Assembly: GCF_009914755.1 (NCBI RefSeq)
Contig: NC_060934.1
Origin: the human T2T-CHM13v2.0 reference genome, Homo sapiens
Reading direction: 5' to 3' (one strand)
Length of the DNA stretch: 64,000 bases
Positions 28,901 to 38,300 of the stretch are shown piece by piece; within the stretch, counting starts at the first letter, position 1; the number at the start of each line of letters is the position of its first letter. The translations under genes were made by a program, and so were the position numbers. The notes under the pieces were generated by a model, which did not search any database, was not told the DNA's origin, and was given only the letters and a program-made list of their open reading frames with translations.

Positions 28901-30811
28901 GGTCTTCGTTGGAAGCGGAATTTTTTCATATACTGCTGGACAGAAAAATTCTCAGTAAAACTTTGTGCTGTGTGTATTCAACACACAGAGTTGAACGTTC
29001 CTTTATCCAGAGCAGTTTTGAAACACTCTTTCTGTGGAATTTGCAAGTGGAGATTTCAAGCGATTTGACGCCAATCTTAGTCATGGAAATATCTTCGTAG
29101 TAAAACTACACAGAGTCATTCGCAGAAACTAGTTTCTGATGTGTGCCTTCAACTCACAGAATTTAACCTTTCTTTTAATAGAGCAGTTTGGAAGCACTCT
29201 ATTTGTAAAGTCTGCAAGTGGATATTTGGACCTCTCTGAGGCCTTCGTTGGAAACGGGATTTCTTCATATAACGCTAGACAGAAGAATTCTCAGTAACTT
29301 CTTTGTGTTGTGTGTATTCAACTCACAGGGTTGAACCTTTCTTTACAGAGAGCAGATTTGAAACATTCTATCCGTGGAATTTGCTAGTGTAGATTTCAAA
29401 CGCTTCGAGGACAATGGTAGAAAAGGATATATCTTCGTATTAGAACGAGAGAAAATCATTCTCAGGAAACACTTTGTAATGTGTGCGTTCAACTCACAGA
29501 GTTTAACCTTTCTTTTAATCGAGCAGTTTGGAAACACTCTCTTTGTAATGTCTGCAAGTGGTTAATTGGCCCTCTTTGAGCCCTTCTTTGGAAACGAGAT
29601 TTCCTCACATAATGCTAGACAGAAGAATTCTCAGTAACTTCTTTGTGTTGTTTGTATTCAACTCACGGATTTGAACCTTCCTTTAGAGAGAGCAGATTTG
29701 AAACACTCTTTTTTTGGAATTTGCAAGTGCAGACTTCAAGCGCTTCTGGGCCTATGGCATAAAAGGAAATATCTTCGTATAAAAATTACACAGAATCATT
29801 CTCAAGAGCCACTTTGTGATGTGTGCGTTCAACTCACGGATTTTAACCTTTCTTTTAATCGAGCAGTTTGGAAACACTCTGTTTGTAAAGTCTGCATGTG
29901 CATATTTGAACTTCTTTGAGGCCTTCATTGGAAACGGGATTTCTTCATATAATGCTAGACAGAAGAATTCTCAGTCACCTCTTTGTGTTGTGTGTATTCA
30001 TCTCAAAGATTTGAACCTTCCTTTAGACAGAGCAGTTTTGAAAAACTCTTTCTGTGGAATTTGCAAGTGGAGATTTCAAGTGATTTGAGGCCAATCTTTG
30101 AAATGGAAATATCTTCGTGTAAAATTAGACAGAATCATTGTCAGAAACTACTTTGTGATGTGTGCGTTCAGCTCACAGAGTTTCACCTTTCTTTTCATAG
30201 AGCAGTTTGGAAAGACTCTGTTTGTAATGTCTGCTAGTTAATACCTGGACCCCTTTGAGTCCTTCGTTGGAAGCGGAAATTTTTCATATACTGCTAGACA
30301 GAAGAATTCTCAGTAAAACTTTGTGCTGTGTGTATTCAACACACAGAGTTGAACCATCCTTTATCCTGAGCAGTTTTGAAACACTCTTTGTGTGGAATTT
30401 GCAAGTGGGGAATTCAAGCGATTTGAGGCCAATCTTAGACATGGAAATATCTTCGTAGTAAAACTACACAGAGTCATTCGCAGAAACTAGTTTCTGATGT
30501 GTGCCTTCAACTCACAGAATTTAACCTTTCTTTTAATAGAGCAGTTTGGAAACACTCCATTTGTAAAGTCTGCAAGTGGACATTTGGACCTCTCTGAGGC
30601 CTTCATTGGAAACGGGATTTCTTCATATAACGCTAGACAGAAGAATTCTCAGTAACTTCTTTTGGTTGTGTGTATTCAACTCACAGGGTTGAACCTTTCT
30701 TTACAGAGAGCAGATTTGAAACATTCTTTCCGTGGAATTTGCTAGTGCAGATTTCAAACGCTTCGAGGACAATGGTAGAAAAGGATATATCTTCGTATTA
30801 GAATGAGAGAA
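19948..30811 (+). repeat. Left array, four copies of a 16-mer HOR (10-mer + 6-mer, 2,716 bp)
   Basis: Equivalent ORFs at 19970, 22686, 25402, 28118 and at 21668, 24384, 27100, 29816, exact period 2,716. Confidence 0.93.
29243..29259 (+). promoter_or_regulatory. Last intact CENP-B box of the left array
   Basis: CTTCGTTGGAAACGGGA; all later left-array box positions carry core substitutions. Confidence 0.9.
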
Positions 30812-30979
30812 AATCATTCTCAGAAAACACTTTGTAATGTGTGCTTTCAACTCACAGAGTTTAACCTTTCTTTTAATCGAGCAGTTTGGAAACACTCTCT
30901 TTGTAATGTCTGCAAGTGGTTAATTGGCCCTCTTTGAGCCCTTCTTTGGAAACGAGATTTCCTCACATAATGCTAGACA

Positions 30980-31004
30980 GAGGAATTCTCAGTAACTTCT
31001 TTGG
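30980..31004. other. In-register junction between two different HOR arrays
   Basis: Left-type cctcacataatgctagacag ends at 30980. Right-type ttgggttgtgtgtattcaattc...gaccgag starts at ~31001. The 340-bp phase is preserved (minus-strand ORFs at 30701 and 31041). Confidence 0.92.
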
Positions 31005-31449
31005 GTTGTGTGTATTCAATTCACAGCGTTGAACCTTTCTTTAGACCGAGCAGATTTGAAACTCTCCTTTCGTTGCTTTTGCAAGTGGAGATTTCAAGCG
31101 ATTTGAGGCCAATTGTAGAAAAGGAAATATCTTCGTATAAAAACTAGACAGAACAATTCTCAGAAACTGCTCTGTGATTTGTGCGTTCAACTCACAGATT
31201 TTAAACTTTCTTTTCATAGAGCAGTTTGGAAACACTCTTTTTGTAACGTCTGCAAGCGGATATTTGGACCTCTTTCAGGCCTTCTTTGGAAACGGGATTT
31301 CTCCATATACTGCTAGCCCGAAGAATTTTCAGTAACTACTTTGTGTTGTGTGTATTCAACTCACAGATTTGAACCTTTCTTTAGACAGAGCAGATTTGAA
31401 ACGCTCTTTTCGTGGCTTTTGCAAGTAAAGATTTCAAGCGATTTGAGGC

Positions 31450-31466
31450 CAATGGTAGAAAAGGAA
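31450..31466 (+). promoter_or_regulatory. pJalpha-box-like site of an A-type monomer (representative)
   Basis: CAATGGTAGAAAAGGAA lies at the position homologous to the CENP-B box in alternate monomers and resembles the A-box consensus. Binding cannot be shown from sequence. Confidence 0.6.
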
Positions 31467-32300
31467 ATATCTTCGTATAAAAACTAGACAGAATCATTCT
31501 CAGAATCTACTTTGTGATGTGTGCGTGCAACTCACGGAGATTAACCTTTCTTTTCATAGAGAAGTTTGGAAAGAGTCTGTCTGTAAGGTCTGCAAGTGGA
31601 TATTTAGATTTCTGTGAGGCCTTTGTTGCAAACGGGATTTCTTCATATACTGCCCGACGGAAGAATTCTCAGTTACTACTTTCTGTTGTGTGCATTCAAC
31701 TCACAGAGTTGAACCTTCCTTTATTCAGAGCAGTTTTGAAACACTCTTTTTGTGGAATTTGCAAGTGGAGATTTCAAGGGATTTGAGGCCAATCTTAGAA
31801 ATGGAAATGTCTTTGAATTAAAACTACACAGAATCATTCGCAGAAACTAGTTTGTGATGTGTGCGTTCAACTCACAGAGTTTAACGTTTCTTTTCATAGA
31901 GCAGTTTGGAAACGCTGTCTTTGTAAAGTCTGCAAGTGGATATTAGGACCTCTTTGAGGTCTTCCTTGGAAACGGGATTTCCTCCTATAATGCTAGACAG
32001 AAGAATTCCCAGTCACTTCTTTGTGTTCTGTGCATTCAATTCAGAGATTTGAACCTTCCTTTAGAGAGAGCACATTTGAAACACTCTTTTTGTGTAATTT
32101 GCTAGGGCAGATTTCAAGCTCTTCGAGGACAATGGTAGGAAAGGAAATATCTTCGTATTAAAACTAGACAAAATCATTCTCAGAAACTACTTTGTGATGT
32201 GTGCGTTCCACTCACAGACTTTAACCTTTCTTTTAATTGAGCAGTTTGGAAACACTCTCTTTGTAAAGTCTGCAGTAGGATATTTGGACCTCTTTGAGGC

Positions 32301-32317
32301 CTTCGTTGGAAACGGGA
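32301..32317 (+). promoter_or_regulatory. First intact CENP-B box of the right array (representative; 8 of 9 positions intact per typical 18-mer)
   Basis: CTTCGTTGGAAACGGGA; the three preceding right-array box positions are mutated. Confidence 0.9.
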
Positions 32318-35300
32318 TTTCTTCTTATAATGCTAGATAGAAGAATTCTCAGTAACTTGTTTGTGTTGTGTGTATTCAACTAACAGAGTTGAACCTTCCT
32401 TTAGAAAGAGCAGTTTTCAAACACTCTGTTTGTGCAATTTCCAATGGAGATTTCTAGGGATTTGAGGCCAGTCTTAGAAATGGAAATATCTTTGTATAAA
32501 AACTAGACAGTGTCATTCTGAGATACTACCTTGTGATGTGTGCGTTCAACTCACAGAGTTTAACCTTTCTTTTCATAGAGCAGTTTGGAAACACTCTATT
32601 TGTGAAGTCTGCAAGTGGATATTTGGACCTCTTTGAGGCCTTCGTTGGAAACGGGATTTCTTCCTATAATGCTAGACAGAAGTATTCTCAGTCACTTCTT
32701 TTTGTAGTGTGCATTCAACTCAGAGATTTGAACCTTCCTTTAGAGAGAGCACATTTGAAACACTCTTTCTGTGTAATTTGCTAGTGCACATTTCAAGCTC
32801 TTCGAGGACAATGGTAGAAAAGGAAATATCTTCGTATGAAAACTAGACAAAATCATTCTCAGAAACTACTTTGTGATGTGTGCGTTCCACTCACAGAGTT
32901 TAACCTTTCTTTTAATTGAGCAGTTTGGAAACACTATTTTTGTAAAGTCTGCAAGTGGATATTTGGACTTTTTTGAGCCCTTCGTTTGAAACGGGATTTC
33001 TCCATATACTGCTAGACAGAAGCATTTTCAGTAACTACTTTGTGTTGTGTGTATTCAAGTCACAGATTTGAACCTTTCTTTAGACAGAGCAGATTTGAAA
33101 CGCTCTTCTCGTGGCTTTTGCATGTGGAGGTTTCAAACGATTTGAGGCCAATGGTAGAAAAGGAAATATCTTCGTATAAAAACTAGAGAGAATCATTCTC
33201 AGAAATTACTTTGTGATGTGTGCATGCAACTCACGGAGATTAACCTTTCTTTTCATAGAGCAGTTTGGAAAGACTCTGTCTGTAAGGTCTGCAAGTGGAT
33301 ATTTAGATTTCTGTGAGGCCTTCGTTGCAAACGGGATTTCTTCATATACTCACAGACAGAAGAATTCTCAGTAACTGTTTGTGTTGTGTCCATTCAACTC
33401 ACGGAGTTGAACCTACCTTTATTCAGAGCAGTTTTGAAACACTCTTTTTGTGGAATTTGCAAGTGGAGATTTCAAGGGATTTGAGGCCAATCTTAGAAAT
33501 GGAAATATCTTCGAATTAAAACTACACAGAATCGTTCGCAGAAACTAGTTTGTGATGTGTGCGTTCAACTCACAGAGTTTAACGTTTCTTTTCATAGAGC
33601 AGTTTGGAAACGCTCTCTTGTAAAGTCTCCAAGTGGATATTTGGAACTCTTTGAGCCCTTCGTTGGAAACGGGACTTCTTCATATAATGCTAGACAGAAG
33701 AATACTCAGTAACTTCTTTGTGCTGTGTGTATTCAACTCACAGAGTTGAACTTTTCTTTAGACAGAGCAGATTTGATACTCTCTTTTCGTGGCTTTTGCC
33801 CGAGGAGATTTCAAGTCATTGGAGGCCAATGGTAGAAAAGAAAATATCTTCGTATAATAACTAAACAGAATCATTCTCAGAAACTTCTTTGTGATGTGTG
33901 CGTTCAACTCACAGAGTTTAACCTTTCCTTTCATAGAGCAGGTTAGAAGCACTCTCTTTGTAAAGTCTGCAAGCAGATATTTGGACCTTTTTGAGGCCTT
34001 CGTTGGAAACGGGATTTCTTCATATACTGCTAGACCGAAGAATTCTCAGTAACTTCTTTGGGTTGTGTGTATTCAATTCACAGAGTTGAACTTTTCTTTA
34101 CACCGAGCAGATTTGAAACTCTCCTTCCGTTGCTTTTGCAAGTGGAGATTTCAAGCGATTTGAGGCCAATTGTAGAAAAGGAAATATCTTCGTACAAAAA
34201 CTAGACAGAACAATTCTCAGAAACTACTCTGTGATGTGTGTGTGCAACTCACAGAGATTAACCTTTCTTTTCATACAGCAGTTTGGAAAGGCTCTGTTTG
34301 TAAAGTCTGTAAGTGGATATTTGGACATCTTTGAGGCCTTCGTTGGAAACGGGATTTCTTCATATACTGCTAGACAGAAGAATTCTCAGTAACTTCTTTG
34401 TGTTCTGTGTATTCAACTCACAGAGTTAAACCTTCCTTTATTCGGAGCAGTTTTGAAACACTCTTTTTGTGGAATTTGCAGGTGGAGATTTCAAGCGATT
34501 TGAGGGCAATCTTAGAAATGGAAATATCTTCGAATTAATACTACACAGAATCGTTCGCAGAAACTAGTTTGTGATGTGTGCGTTCAACTCACAGATTTTA
34601 ACGTTTGTTTTCATAGAGCAGTTTGGAAACGCTCTCTTTGTAAAGTCTCCAAGTGGATATTTGGAGCTCTTTGAGCCCTTCGTTGGAAACGGGACTTCTT
34701 CATATAATGCTAGACAGAAGAATACTCAGTAACTTCTTTGTGCTGTGTGTATTCAACTCACAGAGTTGAACTTTTCTTTAGACAGAGCAGATTTGATACT
34801 CTCTTTTCGTGGCTTTTGCCAGAGGAGATTTCAAGTCATTGGAGGCCAATGGTAGAAAAGAAAATATCTTCGGATAATAACTAAACAGAATCATTCTCAG
34901 AAACTTCTTTGTGATGTGTGCGTTCAACTCACAGAGTTTAACCTTTCTTTTCATAGAGCAGGTTGGAAGCACTCTCTTTGTAAAGTCTGCAAGCAGATAT
35001 TTGGACCTTTTTGAGGCCTTCGTTGGAAACGGGATTTCTTCATATACTGCTAGACCAAAGAATTCTCAGTAACTTCTTTAGGTTGTGTGTATTCAATTCA
35101 CAGAGTTGAACCTTTCTTTAGACCGAGCAGATTTGAAACTCTCCTTTCGTTGCTTTTGCAAGTGGAGATTTCAAGCAATTTGAGTCCAATTGTAGAAAAG
35201 GAAATATCTTCGTATAAAAACTAGACAGAACAATTCTCAGAAACTGCTCTGTGATTTGTGTGTTCAACTCACAGATTTTAAACTTTCTTTTCATAGAGCA

Positions 35301-38300
35301 GTTTGGAAACACTCTTTTTGTAAAGTCTGCAAGCGGATATTTGGACCTCTTTCAGGCCTTCTTTGGAAACGGGATTTCTCCATATACTGCTAGCCCGAAG
35401 AATTTTCAGTAAGTACTTTGTGTTGTGTGTATTCAACTCACAGATTTGAACCTTTCTTTAGACAGAGCAGTTTTGAAACGCTCTTTTTGTGGCTTTTGCA
35501 AGTAAAGATTTCAAGTGATTTGAGGCCAATGGTAGAAAAGGAAATATCTTCGTATAAAAACTAGACAGAATCGTTCTCAGAATCTACTTTGTGATGTGTG
35601 CGTGCAACTCACGGAGATTAACCTTTCTTTTCATAGAGAAGTTTGGAAACACTCTGTCTGTAAGGTCTGCAAGTGGATATTTAGATTTCTGTGAGGCCTT
35701 CGTTGCAAACGGGATTTCTTCATATACTCACAGACAGAAGAATTCTGTTACTACTTTCTGTTGTGTGCATTCAACTCACAGAGTTGAACCTTCCTATATT
35801 CAGAGCAGTTTTGAAACACTCTTTTTGTGGAATTTGCAAGTGGAGATTTCAAGGGATTTGAGGCCAATCTTAGAAATGGAAATATCTTCGAATTAAAACT
35901 ACACAGAATCATTCGCAGAAACTAGTTTGTGATGTGTGCGTTCAACTCACAGAGTTTAACGTTTCTTTTCATAGAGCAGTTTGGAAACGCTGTCTTTGTA
36001 AAGTCTGCAAGTGGATATTAGGACCTCTTTGAGGCCTTCGTTGGAAACGGGATTTCCTCCTATAATGCTAGACAGAAGAATTCCCAGTCACTTCTTTGTG
36101 TTGTGTGCATTCAACACAGAGATTTGAACCTTCCTTTAGAGAGAGCACATTTGAAACACTCTTTTTGTGTAATTTGCTAGTGCAGATTTCAAGCTCTTCG
36201 AGGACAATGGTAGGAAAGGAAATATCTTTGTATTAAAACTAGACAAAATCATTCTCAGAAACTACTTTGTGATGTGTGCATTCCACTCACAGACTTTAAC
36301 CTTTCTTTTAATTGAGCAGTTTGGAAACACTCTCTTTGTAAAGTCTGCAGTAGGATATTTGGACCTCTTTGAGGCCTTCGTTGGAAACGGGATTTCTTCA
36401 TATAATGCTAGATAGAAGAATTCTCAGTAACTTGTTTGTGTTGTGTGTATTCAACTAACAGAGTTGAACCTTCCTTTAGAAAGAGCAGTTTTCAAACACT
36501 CTGTTTGTGCAATTTCCAATGGAGATTTCTAGGGATTTGAGGCCAGTCTTAGAAATGGAAATATCTTGTATAAAAACTAGACAGTGTCATTCTGAGATAC
36601 TACCTTGTGATGTGTGCGTTCAACTCACAGAATTTAACCTTTCTTTTCATAGAGCAGTTTGGAAACACTCTATTTGTAAAGTCTGCAAGTGGATATTTGG
36701 ACCTCTTTGAGGCCTTCGTTGGAAACGGGATTTCCTCCTATAATGCTAGACAGAAGAATTCCCAGTCACTTCTTTGTGTTGTGTGCATTCAACTCAGAGA
36801 TTTGAACCTTCCTTTAGAGAGAGCACATTTGAAACACTCTTTTTGTGTAATTTGCTAGTGCAGATTTCAAGCTCTTCGAGGACAATGGTAGGAAAGGAAA
36901 TATCTTTGTATTAAAACTAGACAAAATCATTCTCAGAAACTACTTTGTGATGTGTGCGTTCCACTCACAGACTTTAACCTTTCTTTTAATTGAGCAGTTT
37001 GGAAACAATCTCTTTGTAAAGTCTGCAGTAGGATATTTGGACCTCTTTGAGGCCTTCGTTGGAAACGGGATTTCTTCATATAATGCTAGATAGAAGAATT
37101 CTCAGTAACTTGTTTGTGTTGTGTGTATTCAACTAACAGAGTTGAACCTTCCTTTAGAAAGAGCAGTTTTCAAACACTCTGTTTGTGCAGTTTCCAATGG
37201 AGATTTCTAGGGATTTGAGGCCAGTCTTAGAAATGGAAATATCTTTGTATAAAAACTAGACAGTGTCATTCTGAGATACTACCTTGTGATGTGTGCGTTC
37301 AACTCACAGAGTTTAACCTTTCTTTTCATAGAGCAGTTTGGAAACACTCTATTTGTAAAGTCTGCAAGTGGATATTTGGACCTCTTTGAGGCCTTCGTTG
37401 GAAACGGGATTTCTTCCTATAATGCTAGACAGAAGTATTCTCAGTCACTTCTTTGTGTTGTGTGCATTCAACTCAGAGATTTGAACCTTCCTTTAGAGAG
37501 AGCACATTTGAAACACTCTATTTGTGTAATTTGCTAGTACAGATTTCAAGCTCTTTGAGGACAATGGTAGAAAAGGAAATATCTTCGTATGAAAACTAGA
37601 CAAAATCATTCTCAGAAACTACTTTGTGATGTGTGCGTTCCACTCACAGAGTTTAACCTTTCTTTTAATTGAGCAGTTTGGAAACACTATTTTTGTAAAG
37701 TCTGCAAGTGGATATTTGGACTTCTTTGAGCCCTTCGTTGGAAACGGGATTTCTCCATATACTGCTAGACCGAAGCATTTTCAGTAACTACTTTGTGTTG
37801 TGTGTATTCAACTCACAGATTTGAACCTTTCTTTAGACAGAGCAGATTTGAAACGCTCTTCTCGTGGCTTTTGCATGTGGAGGTTTCAAACGATTTGAGG
37901 CCAATGGTAGAAAAGGAAATATCTTCGTATAAAAACTAGAGAGAATCATTCTCAGAAATTACTTTGTGATGTGTGCGTGCAACTCACGGAGATTAACCTT
38001 TCTTTTCATAGAGCAGCTTGGAAAGACTCTGTCTGTAAGGTCTGCAAGTGCATATTTAGATTTCTGTGAGGCCTTCGTTGCAAACGGGATTTCTTCATAT
38101 ACTCACAGACAGAAGAATTCTCAGTAACTATTTGTGTTGTGTGCATTCACCTCACGGAGTTGAACCTTCCTTTATTCGGAGCAGTTTTGAAACACTCTTT
38201 TTGTGGAATTTGCAAGTGGAGATTTCAAGGGATTTGAGGCCAATCTTAGAAATGGAAATATCTTCGAATTAAAACTACACAGAATCGTTCGCAGAAACTA

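Larger units (their letters stand above)
1..30990 (+). repeat. Left HOR array built from five dimer types (a-e) plus variants a', c', d'; possibly D10Z1-related (S1C10H1-like)
   Basis: Diagnostic motifs restricted to this half: gattacatgcgatttaagg (a), tattgatctcacagat (b), cttcgttggaagcggaa (c), aaacgcttcgaggacaatgg (d), ggttaattggccctc and ggcctatggcag (e). Chromosome assignment is from memory only. Confidence 0.93.
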
